The notes below the pieces were generated by a model. The model saw only the letters and a list, made by a program, of their open reading frames with translations. It made no database searches and was not told the origin of the DNA. Position numbers and translations under genes: made by a program. A stretch of DNA of 64,000 nucleotides from Tubulanus polymorphus. Lineage: Eukaryota > Animalia > Nemertea. Of the stretch, positions 34,400-47,774 are shown one piece after another (the first letter of the stretch is position 1; each line of letters starts with the position of its first letter). Location: NCBI RefSeq assembly GCF_964204645.1, contig NC_134028.1, positions 17,615,653 through 17,679,652 on the forward strand, written 5' to 3'.

Positions 34400-36887
34400 G
34401 TTACAGAGCGCAGGACTTAGCTTTCCGCACCAGCTAACATTCAGACAACGAGCAAACTGGGTCTCTGAGTTAGACCATATTTACGTATCACCGACCATAA
34501 TAGACTCCGTGATGGATCTTCATATAGATCAAAACCTAGCATTACCGTGTAATCATGCTCCGGTTTGTGCTACTTTTTCTATTCCGAAGCTTGTAACGGT
34601 GTCGTCCCGTATGAACCGGCTAGAGCAGAGGATATCAGATCTGAGTTACAACGACGATGGAAATACTCAGAACGCCAAGCCAACACAGAAACAAATAAAA
34701 TGGCGTAACATTGATAAACAGGCGTTCAAAAATGCTCTGAACCTAACGAATCCACCAGATATCGGCGAACATGCGAATATCGACGCTAATAGCGTATTTA
34801 CTGAGATAGACGATACATTCAGAGATATACTAGCGCAATCTAGAGTATTACCCACCAGGCCCGCGACCGACAAGGCGGTGAAGTGGAAAGATCTAGCGGA
34901 AAGTGGTGATTCCAAAACAATTTGGATGAAAATAAACTGGAAAGGAAATATAGTAGGCACCGAGGCCAATTCAGATCCTCAACCGACCGACGAGGAGTTT
35001 AAAAACCACTTTGAATCATTACTTAATCCTCCGCATTCCCGGCCTATTGATAACACGTTACCAGTCCATCAACCATACGTACCGTTAACGGACGACCCGA
35101 TTACACCGATGGAAGTATTGGACGCAATAGAGACAATCAAGACTGATAAAAGTGGTGGACCTTCGGGTATATCTCCAGCTATTCTTAAGTTCTTACCGAA
35201 CTCATGGGTCGTATTCTTTGCACAAATGTTGACAGTATTATTTTATAGCGCAGTGTTCCCAGCCACTTAGGCCGCATCACGCCTCGTTGTAATTTTTAAA
35301 AAAGGCGCTCACAACTTATGCGGTAATTACCGAGGAATCGCCATTCCTGATACATTTTGCAAACTGTTTGACATTATTCTGTGTAAAAGACTCGAAATGT
35401 GGTTCCGACCTAAGCGCGAACAGGCCGGCGCACAAAAGAAACGAGGGTGTATTGAGCAGATTCTGTCATTGCGTCTCTTGATTGATTTTGCCGTGTGCAA
35501 AAAGAAGAAATTGTATATTGTGTATGTGGATTTAGCAAAAGCATACGACAAAGTCCCCCGCGATGCTCTCATCAGGACATTGTGCAAATTGGGTTGCGGA
35601 TTCGTCATGGTGGCAGCTCTGAGCGTGTTATATAGCGATACAAAAATGATCCTAGGATCCGCGGTGATCTCGGCGACGATGGGTGTCCGTCAGGGCCAAC
35701 CAAGCAGTTGTTTCCTCTTCACGTGTTATATCGATGAATTAGTTAGCGATTTGAGAATTATTGCAAACGACGGATTCTTAAAATGTGTCCATTGTCTGTT
35801 ATCAATGGACGACACTGTTCTCTTAGCAACTAGCAGAGAACGAGCTATAGAAAAACTCCAGATTCTTGTGAACTTTTGTGTAAGATCGGGTATGGAAATA
35901 AACGAGAAAAAGACTCAATTTATGGTTATTAATGGATCTAGTACTGACTATGCGCCACTCGAGTGTCGTAATTTAAAGGTTGATAATTGCAGCGATTACG
36001 TTTACCTTGGAGCGACTTTTACACAGGACGGGAAAAGCTTGTCGTCCGTAAAAAGACACATGGCTGCCAAACAGTCACATGTGATTAAATTTGCTGCTTT
36101 TGTGGCCAAAAACACGGACTTTCCTTATCAGATAAAGAAAAAAGTTCTCGATGCAGCATTATTGTCAGCCATCCTGTACGGCTGCGAAGCGTGGATCGGC
36201 TTGACGGCGATAAACACCGCAAGGACAGCGTATATGACAGCGATAAAGACATTACTTGGTGTTCGGATCACTACACCGAATGATATATGTTTAGTAGAAG
36301 CGGATAATCCTTCCTTAATAGCTAGAGTACAATCAGCGCAAATTAAAGTTATTAAGAAACTAGTTATGGAAAGGAAAGATATCCTCGATGATCCATTTAT
36401 GAGAATATGGAATATTCGTGTTGAACAAAACACGTTTGCGGCGAGGTATCTTACGAAACTTCTCGAATCCGAAAACATGATCGAATCAGATAAAAATCAA
36501 AGACAAGAACTCATTATCAGATCATCCGTCAATCGAACTCGATTTCGAACGTACCTCAACATAAATCCGCAGTTATCTGTTCACGGGTTATATACGGATT
36601 TAAATATCCCAGAGTATGAACGCATAGCCGCGACCAAACTTAGGCTATCATCCCAAAACCTCGCAATTGAGTCGGGGCGGTGGTCACGAATCCCCTCAGA
36701 ACAGAGACTATGTTCTTGCGGCGATGTGCAGGACGAGGAGCATATACTATGCACGTGTCCCCGTACATTATTATTGAGAAATAAACTCCCAAACCTGAAT
36801 TATGACAGTATTCAGAAGTTTTTCAAATCTGAGGATATTAAACAGTTATCCAGAATGTGTGAGCTGGGTTTAAAAGTATACGAGTGA
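34400..36887 (+). pseudogene. LINE ORF2: end of endonuclease, reverse transcriptase, C-terminal Cys/His motif; stop at 35268-35270
   Basis: ELDHI, NHAPV, NYRGIA, EQAGAQ, YVDLAKAYD, GVRQG, LLSMDDTVL, YLG, KLRLSS..LAIESGRW..LCSCG..DEEH...C. Confidence 0.93.
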
Positions 36888-38799
36888 CAATATATGTTAG
36901 TTAATTATAATTAAAAGAAAGAGACAAACGAAACAAACAAAGAAAACCATATTATGCGTGAATCGCCATCTATGTTAATTATGTTGGTAAAATTTACTAT
37001 AATTTATTATTTACTATATTAAATTTTTTGTTGAAAATCGATGACTCTGCCCGTAAATATAATGTATATGTATTATAGCGATGATTTTAAGTAAAATAAA
37101 ATCTAATCTAATCTAATCTAACAACAGCGTTTTAAGTATTAAGTGAGTACGACAAGCCTACCATGCCTATGTACTACAAACACAACTTTTTCCCTCTCGT
37201 CGGCCCTACAGTGATGTTACTATAACTGGTCCAATTATAACATGGATAGGATTTGGTCAGGACTAGCCTAAAGTCTAATTCAGTCTATGTACTAATTCAC
37301 TCGAAAGGCCTATTTTTAAAATCAATACAGTGAAGTATTCACACGCAGAAAGGCTAATTGATTTGAGCCATGTGATTAAATTTGGCCAGGCCTTCTCTGA
37401 CCTGCTGACATAATTAGTCAAACCAAAACGTTCATGTGGTCACGGCTTGTATACCAGAAATCATTGAAGGCCTGTACATTTTGCTGTTCGTAGGTTTGGT
37501 ATACCGATTTCTCCATTCTTGACTGATAAGTGTACATTATAGCGTACGCAATATACAATTGTTCCAATGGGAATAGGGCCTATTGATTGGGCTTATTATT
37601 TCCTGCTTTAGAATACTGAAATAAGCCCAACGTTCATTCAAATATCCAACATCGGTGAAAGTTTGATTACTGTATACATGTACTGTAGGTTTTCATGTTG
37701 TATGAATATTTTGCAGTTCAAATGGGTATGACGCTGATTTCAATGTCAAACGCATGCAGTTAGATGGTCAAGGACAGTCAACACCAAGATATCTCTCTTC
37801 GACCGATGTTGCACTATAGAAGATCTGATTCTTTCAACTCAAGGAAAGTGATTCAACACGATCGACATAACACTGGAATAGGTTTGCAGTAACTAACGGT
37901 TCATTTCATTTAGTCCTATGTACTTTTTAGCCAATTTGGATTTGATTGTAATTGAAACTCTGGAACTGTTAACAAAAGACAAGTTGAAAAAAACACAAGT
38001 TATGCTTGATTCTCATGTTCAAATTTAATTCAAATTCAAATTTATTTTATTACATTATATTTACAAAGCATATCATTGGTTCATACAGTAATAAAAATTA
38101 GGACAGAACAAATATCATTGCAGAATTTCCAAAAAGGCAATGAATTTCTATAACTAAATGAACATTATTTTTCTAATAACTCAGATCAAGAGTGACTCTC
38201 CCGTTTATTAGGAAACACACGCAACTAGTGGAATAGGTTTGATTTACACACATGTTGCAGGTATCAATTGTTTATCACTATAGAATTTGTAATCCATAAA
38301 AGCCAAAATCAATATCAGCCGGAAACCCAGACCAGATCAATTCATAATTTATTCATTGAATCTACACTACAATAGGCCTATATGTATTTATTCAAATATT
38401 TCAATAAAAACATAAACTTCTTAAATCTATTCTAAATCATAATACGTTCTTATCTGTAAATTCACTCAATCTATCGACTCAGCAGGTGCTTCAAATGAGT
38501 TCTTAATAGGACAGATCCATTTTTAAGCATGGTGATAATACAGTATCATGATGTTTGAAAGCCAAAATAAATGCCTGGTCAAATGAATTAATATTTGTTG
38601 ATTGTACGTCCGCGTATGTTCGGTTTCAAAGCTGAATCATATTTGACGTTTACACAGTGGTAGCATATTAGGTTCGAATCTGTCAATGCATTTTATTCTA
38701 TGTATCGATATTTCAATTAACTACAATTCCCATCTTTCTGAATGGCTTTGCAGAAAACCCGCCATCGCTGCTTAGCAGCTATATTAACAATACATTTTT

Positions 38800-39470
38800 T
38801 ACCGCACTCAACACATGATGTACATATTCCCTTTTGCCTTTCATTTTCTTATACATGAACTCATCCAGTGGATTCTTAGTTTTGTCGAAATCAACAAATT
38901 CTGCTGGTTGAGACACAGAGCTGTCAATGAACTCCCCTAATTCACTTAATATTGTATCACACTTAAACTTTCTTCCACATGTTTAGTACGTGCCAATGAA
39001 TTGAGAACTTGACTGAATTTATTTTTTGCTTAATCAGGTTTTGAGACCATTAAATTCGGATCGAAACAAACAATATCGCGTATCAATGTGTATCTCACTG
39101 GTGATTTCAGAATGATGTGACCGACAGTTGCTGATAGAAAGTCCTTTACTTCAGATCGAAATTCATAAATCTGACGTTCACTTATTTTGTTAATAGCCTT
39201 CAGTTCTTTAAGCTGTTTGTCAGGCAGCGAAACCAACATCTACCAGCTTTCTATCACAATGAATTTTCCGGTCTTTTACATCAAGTTTAATGATTTTAGC
39301 CAGGGTATCATTATCCCTCATTATATCCCTACAAACAAATCGTCTGTTTGGTAGATGGTAAGAAATGGTTTCATAACCATAACGATAGACAGAAAAGCCT
39401 TCAGTTTTACTTCTATGAGGGTATCGGTGACAGCATTCTTGATGACTTGATACGACGCACACTTTGGCTT
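38800..39470 (-). pseudogene. Degraded fragment of a probable DNA-transposon ORF (hAT-like?)
   Basis: Collinear frameshifted peptides (VDVGFAA..FRSEVKDFL..KSPVRYTLIRDIVCFDP..FVDFDKTKNPLDEF); no catalytic motif seen. Confidence 0.35.
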
Positions 39471-39849
39471 GTCTACTGATTTGAATTTAGTTTCAACATG
39501 TTACACATATAATGCAACCTTCGGCCATATCAGTTTCGCCCGTTCCGCACAAGGTGTATTATCGAGCCACCTGAAAATAAATGGCGACACCGACGTCAAG
39601 CTTATAAGTTAGAATATATATGTAGTATGGAATGTATCTGATTGAAAGGCGGGCACATGGATTTTGATCCACTTAATAGAATGGCAACAATAGAAATCAA
39701 GTTTTTAACTCACCTATGCCGGCAAAACTTTAACGGAGACTGTAGCGGTTGGTGTTCGCTGCGAAACGACTTACCGGGTAGGGCATTACAACTACAACTA
39801 CATAGATCTATTTCGCCAGTGGAAATGCGCGCGCGTCGTCGAAACTATT

Positions 39850-42250
39850 AAGACCCATCTTTTCTTCTTCGACGGTGTACAATTTAAAATCTTTCGTTCG
39901 AATCGAGTTATATTTAATTCTGTGCGGATTGTTCTCCTTTACGATTGGCGGTAAACGTCGAATGTGAGGTCTTGCAGAAGGCAACGTTTAATTCCTTTCG
40001 CCGTTTGCTTGCTTTTGTTTTCTAACGTTTTCACGCAGTACATTTTTCGGTCGAAGCCCGACGAATCCGATGATTTGTTTCGGAATCGGATATTCTTCTT
40101 TGAACGCCCCGCGACGCCGATGATTACCATCGCATTTATAACCGCTTTCTTCGGGATAATTCGACATATCAATGTACTGCCGATTCGCGTACCTGTCCGT
40201 GGCGATTGGGCGGTTCAGCCCGCGAATCACGAACGCCAACGAGTCCGTGTCGCTGAACAACAACCGATATCACCCTCGTACATTTTGCCGATGTAATTGT
40301 CATGGAATTTGTACATGTGAAATTTAGTGCTCTCCACTGCCGACGGCGACCGGTTTGTTGAGAGTGACGACCTCCTTTTTCATCTCTATACCCGCTAGAT
40401 TCTTATCGTAAACGTGGATCCCGGCGAAGTTGTGTTTCGCCGTTAATCGTAAGTTACGCCTTTTCGAACTGACAAACGAAATGTCAGATTTGTCGGCGTC
40501 TCTTCCGATGAATTTCCTGTACAAAGTGTTCAAAATTAACTTGTACAAATCGCTTTCGAACTCCGGTTTCCGTCGTTGTTCGGTGCCGAAGTTGATGACA
40601 CCGGCTAACCAGGCGCTCTGTTCGAACGCGAGTATCTTGTGTATTTTCTTCACGAGCAAGCCTCGTTCTACGTAGAATTTTAGGTTCGCGCTGTGCGTAA
40701 CGTAATTATGTTTAGGGCCAAGGTGCGGTATTAGTTTTTCCCCGCCTCGTTTTATCGGTACCCATTGTCGTGAATAAAGCTTTCGCATTAACGGGCTCCA
40801 GTCCGCGGGAAATATCTCTTGTTTTTTCAGCGCAGATCGGAAATTGCGATTGCGCATCGTGGAGATGTCGCAGCAAAAAAAGTAAGCGATGTTACTTTTA
40901 ACGTCTATAGCACCGATATCGAATTGCCTAACTTCCTCCCGACTCAACCACCTGTAAGAACGAAAGGGAAGCATCCCGGACATCGCGTAACCGTACAAAT
41001 TGCAGCAATCAAAATACGCGATTTCTGCCCTTTCTTCGTTCGCGTCGTGTTCTTCCCCCATTTCCGGTATATTCGCGCTCGCGTATCGGTGGTTAATAGT
41101 TGCAACGCCGCCTCTTATTCCAGCTTTGATGAAATTTACCATGTTCACATCTTTTGGCAACTGGATTTCGATACCCGTGTACTTCAACATGGCGTTGCAC
41201 GCCGCGTGCGGGGTGGAATAGTAGTTGACTATCGATTCCGAATAGTGTATAAAATACGTTTCTATACCCTTGTACGACGTCGGCCAACAGTAAAACGTCG
41301 CAGGCGAGATACAACGTCGTAGTCTACTAGCGTTTTACAATTTATCGCGTTCCACACGCCGAACGTCTGAGCGTAGTCCTCTCGCGACATATGCCTCCGC
41401 TCGAGAACGTTGTAAAAATATTCCTTCGCCGGTAATTTCCGCTCTTTGAATTTTTCAATACCGTCGACGTAGTCGTACGGGTACGCGGTTTTTCGACACA
41501 ACATTTCGTACAAAGGGGGGAAGGCGACGGTCGTTTCTTCTCCGGTCGTCGATGAATTTCCTTTTTTCAATTCTACTAGATTAGCCAACCTATAACGTTT
41601 GATAACTATAAAAAAAACAAAATTCAAGAAGTTGATAACGATAAAACTTTCTTTCGTTTTCGCCAGCATTCTCGGGGTGGGGAATTCCCGCGACTTTGCG
41701 AAAGCCACTAGTTCCCTGATGATCAAATTGAAATCGAATCGCGATCCGTTATGCGCGAACGCAAAAATCTGTCCGTATTTTTGCGCGCGATTTCTGTTGC
41801 AGACGTCGCAAAGAACGCCGAGAAACATTCCGGTGAGATGATCGTGGTGCTTCGCCCGCTTTTCATCGGCGCGGAACTTACGTTGACAATATTCGCATTT
41901 CGTAACTTTCGAGTAATGCAACCAGTCCTTTCCCCTCATGTTCAACGACCGGTATATCTTGTCGTTGATTATAGCTAAGTGATCCCTTTGCAGCACGAAC
42001 CATTTCGCCAATTTTACGATGCAGTCTTCTCCGATGAATATCGCCAAAGGAGAATTATATTTCTCGTTCGAACATAAGCGAATTCCCGCCGCGCATATCG
42101 CGCGATAGCGTTTCACAGGTCCTTTCTCCCGTCGTCGGTCGGTATCGCCGCTGTTTCTATATCGAAAAATACCACGTGATCGGCGTAACACATACTTCTG
42201 AAATTCCTTCACGCAACTTTCTTCGTCTCCCGCGGGCATACGATACACGA
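39850..42250 (-). pseudogene. polB: Older, GC-richer Polinton pPolB of a different family (C-terminal part)
   Basis: KCEYC..KHHDHLTGMFLG.LC..CN, AHNGSRFD, YLACDVLLLADV, GIRGG, YFDCCNLYGYAM, YKLILN, LFSDTDSL. Confidence 0.88.
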
Positions 42251-42429
42251 TGCCTATCTTTATGCCAACCTGTATATTATATACAGGTTGAAAAGAAGCG
42301 GATTTAAAATGTTTCCCTGCTGTACACCTATTGATGATTTATTTACATCTAACATCTGATACTCGTTCACCTTGGGACACCAGGTAATTCTACTGTACAT
42401 GCTTTGTTAAATAGTCATGGTATGTTTTC

Positions 42430-43115
42430 CAAGTTCATAATTTTGTGGTCGTCAAGGAATCGCTCTAAGAGGACACTGTGACGACGGTCGTCCAGCTGTT
42501 ACACAAGATATTAGCAGTGATGTAAATATGGGCTATTCTAAATGGCTCACTTCACTTGTTGGGCAGCTGAATCCACACATGAAGATGCATTTAACTACAT
42601 GCAAGAAAAATGCACAGTACTGCTCAAAAACCGTACACAATGAGTAACCCACTTGTTGTTGTGAATTTATACAGCAAAGCATAATTGCTCAAGCAAAAGC
42701 ACAACTGTATGGTCCATTTTTGGGCTCATGATCGACGAAGTTTCTGACTCTTCAAATTGGGAACAACTCGGCGTTGTTCGCTATGTTCACGAAGGGTTTG
42801 CACAAGGCACAAGAACGTCTTTTGGAATTTGTTGCTTGTGAATAAACCAACGGAGATGCTGTTTCCAACGCACTCATTCAGTGTATCACGTCACAGAAAC
42901 TGGCCCCGAAATGCTGTCGACCGCAGACATACGATGGCGCTGGCAGCATCGCTGGTGCAGAAAAGGCTGCTGCTAATCAATTCCGCGTAAAAACGGAAAG
43001 TCCGGAAGCCATATACTATCACTGGGCGTCGCATGATTTAAAACTTGTGCTCTCTAAAGCCTGTGATGTTCCTGAATTACATAACATGGTATGTCTGTTG
43101 CAGTTTGTAGGTATT
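42430..43115 (+). pseudogene. hAT (ZMYM1-like) transposase fragment
   Basis: Frameshifted peptides GRQGIALRGH, IDEVSDSSNWEQL, QERLLEF, QTYDGAG, YYHWASH. Confidence 0.75.
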
Positions 43116-43880
43116 TTTTGACGCCTTATAAAACGTTATGAAACCTAAACAATGTTAATCATTCAGCGTCATATTACAAACGACAACCGTAAATCGATGT
43201 GCAAAATGTCACAGGTCTATGTGTACACATGCAAACTATTTGGCAAAATATTATTGACAAAGATGTAGAATGTCTTCCTGTGATTATATAATGAGCTCTA
43301 TTTGAACGTCGAAATGTTATGTTGCATTGAAGAGGTATTGTAATTATAGTAATGGATGTATGATTATATCAGAAGCGGCAGGCATAAATCGAAATGATAA
43401 GTAAATCGGATTATTCGGTCGAAATGGCGGAAGTATACACGATTTGGAAGTCTGATATAAAAGTCAGACCCTGACATGGGGATGCTGGTGGAATGACGAA
43501 GCTGTCTACGATCTGTGTAGGGCCGGCGTGAATTTCATCGGCGGCTACGAGCGGTCAATATAAAAACGTGTAAACATAAAATTTCAATATTCAAATGTTT
43601 TAGAAAATATGTTCGATGTTAGGGGTATGCAGGTTTCACGAGATAAGCAATTTATAATAGCATAGCTGTCATATACGGCTCCGCGTCCACTGATGGCATG
43701 TGTATTCAATTCTTTATTGATCCTTATTACATCGAAATTCCGGGATAAAATTCCCAAATTCAATAAAGTTACACATTTTAAAATAAGAAAATACAAAATA
43801 CAAGACACACGGGTAATTCATACAGAATAACATAGATAAGTTATTTAAATGACAATGTCTACTTCAACCCATACTCAAGA
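43115..43880. repeat. Dispersed non-coding repeat; inverted copies at ~51320-51826 and (partial) ~47575-47780
   Basis: For example ACGCCTTATAAAACGTTATGAAACCTAAACAATG vs CATTGTTTAGGTTTCATAA..GGCGT at ~51780-51820; the MSCILYFLILK..LLNLGILS pseudo-ORF is shared. Confidence 0.8.
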
Positions 43881-44332
43881 CTAGGATATCGAGTGACAAA
43901 CCGGGCCGGCTGGCTACACGATATGCTCGAAGTCATGATGAAGCAGACATCAGAAGAGCTCTTTCTTCGACCATGGAGCCAATGAAGTTGCAGACCAGCT
44001 TAGAGGCAAAAGTGAATCGTCGCCGTTAAAAGTCAGTCGCAAGTTGAAAATTTTTTTTTAAATTAGACCAGTCGAAGACCTGTATCATCTACCCAATCGC
44101 CAAACCTCGTAATTCCCCAAATTTCTTAAAACTTCGATTTCAAATTTGCAATTCCACATTAGCTTATCCCAGAAATTCTACATTTTTTCGCAGGCGTCAA
44201 ATAATTTATTAAAATTAATTTTCTTGTTTAAATATTCACTCAAGTGCGCACGTGAACTTGAGAAATGCGTTGAAGAGGTGAATGAAGATCCAACTAGAAT
44301 GGAAAAAATTGATAAATCAAAAATAAAACCAC

Positions 44333-45157
44333 CAGGGGCGGATCCAGACCGTATTAGCCGTATTGCCCAATACGTTCTAGAATTTTTAAGTGCCCTTCGA
44401 AATTTCACCGGCAATATTTTTGACGGCATTATTTCAGCAACCGCTAATTCCGTGTCCGTAATCCGGGCATAATTATAAAATTAATCGGTATATACTGCTG
44501 CCGAGAAAGTGAGGAGAGATAATCATATTTGTAAAGCCTTTAATCATGATAAATTAAAAAGGGCACTTTCCTTTTGCAAGGGGCACTCATGCTTTAGATG
44601 AGGGCACCTTGTCCTTGCCTTTTCAGGAAGGGCTAAAGGGGCACTCGTACTTTAGAAGAGGGCACTATACGCGGAAAATGTTGAAGAAAAGGGCCCTTTC
44701 TTGCCTAATTTTTGGTTTGGCACTTTTGGTTTGGAAAATGGCACACGACATAAGGATAAATGTGAAGACGAGGCAATTTTTGCCGATTGTTAACAATGAA
44801 GGGGCACTTAGCCGTATTCTGTATAATTGTTAAGGGGCACTTTTAAAGATTATAGGGGCACTAGGCGAAGTTGGCGACAACCATTCTTTCATGGGTTCAC
44901 CAGCTTCATTTTTTATCCGCATCTGTTGAAATCTTGTCTCGAATTCGTTTATTCTGGATTGCTCTGCTAGCCTCTAGAAGCCCTCTAAAAGCCTTTAAAT
45001 AGTACCATATTTTAAAAATTTTCTGGGGATGGGCCCCCAGACCCCCTCTAAGGACTTTTCGCCTTCGGCGCTCGCATTGACCTGGATACTGGGTGTGCCC
45101 TAAGATCAGAAAGGTTCCTTCCAATACTGTCTACCCATCCCCCTGGATCCGCCCCTG
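44333..45157. mobile_element. hAT-type MITE with 15-bp TIR CAGGGGCGGATCCAG and internal AGGGCACT motifs
   Basis: Perfect TIRs at 44333 and ending at 45157; no 8-bp TSD retained. Confidence 0.75.
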
Positions 45158-45684
45158 CTTTTTACAAAATATCCCGTGTTCCGATAGTTTTCTCCTGCTG
45201 CTATACGTCGCGAGGCAATAATGGCAAACGTGTACCTTTCGTTTACCAATATCTCTCCTGTTCAAAAGTCTGCTCAAGTGCCTAATCAAATAGAAATGCT
45301 TCCGGTGGTAAAGTAAATTTACTCGTTCGACGCAATGGGGATTTTTCGTGTTGAACAACACGAAGAGTTTTTCATTCGTGTTTAGCCCGAAAACGTTGAT
45401 GGAAATAGCGTTTCTGGTTTCGAATTTCGGGATAGGGACGTGGGAAAACTGAGCATCGAAACGTCTAGACCTTCGTAGGGATTTCTGTAAGTCCAATCGA
45501 AGAGTCGTTGTTTCGTTTTATGACATTTGCTCTTTTTATTTTTTCGCTCGCACATTCGATTCGCGAGTATACAATAAAGAATGCATTTCCCGTCGTCGTT
45601 AGGAACGTTTTCTCGTGGTGCACTCTTTTTCCGCGCTACGCTCGCTGGTAAGGACGGGTGGATAGTACCACCGCTGGCGTAGGG
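45158..45684 (-). pseudogene. N-terminal part of the older Polinton pPolB
   Basis: NDDGKCILYCILA, KFE.RN.ISINVF, VNLLY...HFYLIR.LSRL, C.YCL.......L..H...C, homologous to the same region of the PolB at 15629. Confidence 0.8.
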
Positions 45685-46563
45685 TGTGAGAATACCCTCG
45701 TAACTTTCATTCGTAGAACTTTTTGAAACGTTTTTTTTGAACTTTTTGAAAAATTAATCACAATGTATTTCCGAATCAAAAGTAATATTAACAAGTTGAA
45801 AATAAATGAGTTCGTACCGTAATTTGTGATGAAGACGAAGTTTTGAAAATATATTCAATTTGAGAAATCTGGATGCTATTTAAGAACAAAATGTTAATAG
45901 TCGCTAAAGTTTTAGGAAAATTAATTGTGTTAAATGTTAATACTAGCTCTCTAAAGTTTCTGTTGTTGTATACGTCTGTTGGTAACTCGGAAAGAATAAC
46001 TGTTAGCTCAATGATGATAAAGCAAGGAGTGAGAAAATCAGTCCGCGTCATGACAGGAGGGTTGGAAAGAAAAGGTTAGTTCAGCAAATCAGTTTTGAAA
46101 ATAGTTTTAGATCAGCGAATCATTGGGGCTAAGTTCTATATGACCAAAACAGTCATGCCAGTTAGGTTGCTGCTCCGTGCCAAAAGTTGAGAGGGAGAGT
46201 CGGAATTTTAAGAATGCCGATTCTTTCTATATAAGGGGTGTGCAGTCTTGAGAGAGGAGAGTTCGATTCGAGAGTTCTATTCAAGACCTCGTTTGGAGTG
46301 TTTTGTTCGGGAAAACAGTTGCCCACAGGAGTGTAGTCTAGAAATCATTTCGAGAGCAAGGATCTGGATTGTGGTTTTTGGCTGGAAATTATAACAAACC
46401 GTTTTTAAAGTAAATAAACTTCATTTATATTATTATTATCAATCAGTATTCCGGCACCTATAGTTAATTATTTGGGTTTGTGCAGGGACACGTTCTCTCG
46501 CCAGGGACCGATCTTTACATTTTACAATTAACGATTAAGGAGAGGATTGTGACCGGTGTAACA
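45685..46563 (+). mobile_element. LTR related to the solo LTR at 33122-34395 (left end approximate)
   Basis: Shared blocks CGCGTCATGACAGGAGGGTTGGAAG, TTTTAAGAATGCCGATTCTTTCTATA, GGAGAGGATTGTGACCGGTGTA; ends ...TGTAACA. Confidence 0.8.
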
Positions 46564-47774
46564 ATTGACTAAATAGTAGTGAGTGGATGCATGAGGAGAT
46601 ATCAGTTTTATTAGTAAAAACAAATTCACATTTCCAGGGTTCCTGTGAGGCTGTTCTTAACCGTTAAATGGACATTTTCCCCAGGCAAAAGCGGTCCTTT
46701 TTTCCCCTAATCTAAAAATTGTTTGAGGAATTGTGAAAATAAACTGATTATATTTCCGCTAAAGAAATTTTAGTTTATTTCAATATAACGATCTTTTTAT
46801 AATAATAAAATGCGTGGATCTACCTTCACTACAAAGCATATTGTAATCGACCGGACACCCTATAGCCACCCTTCTTTCCATAATGGTATAGTCCACACAT
46901 CAACTAATGAAACTGTTCTCTATGTGTGTCGCTTCAATGAATGAATGAAGTTCACGTGACAGGCACATACTACTGAGTGGTAGTTTTAATTACGGCAAAG
47001 ACCAAATGATGATATAATAATGCACTTAAATTGGCTCTGAAAATCCTCAAAACTTCCCCTTTTGGGCTTCACGCCTGATGTGTGTCGTCTTTGCACGATC
47101 ACGGAAACCCTGCGTGTCACATTATATCCTTTTTTCTACTTTCGCGCGCTGAACGGTTTATTTTTCGTCAGTCAATCTGAGTCGGCCTGTGTTAATACGA
47201 GGCGGGACGCAGCCGCTATCTGGCCGTGCGTATACAGCACTGCTGTCTCTAGCCTACTACATGTACTAACTCACTCGGGGTATTTCCCAAGAGTACAGCA
47301 TGTTCGCATACTGGTAATTTTTATCAAGAAAATCTCTCACTCGCAGTAATTTAAAGAAATAAAATCCAGGCTAGCGACGAATTGTGCAGCGACAGTAATC
47401 TACCGATCCTCTCCCACTGTCAGTGTAATAAACCACGAACTGCGAAGTAGTTTCGATTTACTACTTAGGGATTTATCAATGCGCGAGCACATGTGAGGAT
47501 AAAGATGGGGATAACACTTTATTGCCGGGTAAAACCGACATAAACAATTCACTGACAGGTATGCCTTCATGGTAGGTCTTGAGTCTGGGTTGAAGTAGAC
47601 ATCGTCATTTAAATAACTTATGTTATTCTGTATGAATTACCCATGTGTCTTGTATTTTGTATTTTCTTATTTTAAAATCTGTAACTTTATTGAATTTGGG
47701 AATTTTATCCTGGAATTTTAATGTAATAAGGATCAATAAAGAATTGAATTGTCACCTTCTACACGTGTCATTAG

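Larger units (their letters stand above)
14625..37120 (+). mobile_element. Near full-length APE-type LINE (RTE-X-like), interrupted by the Polinton and a solo LTR; 5' end approximate
   Basis: ORF1 split by the Polinton TSD, APE endonuclease, RT, C-terminal Cys/His motif, AATAAA and (ATCTA)4 tail at 37101-37120. Confidence 0.85.
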
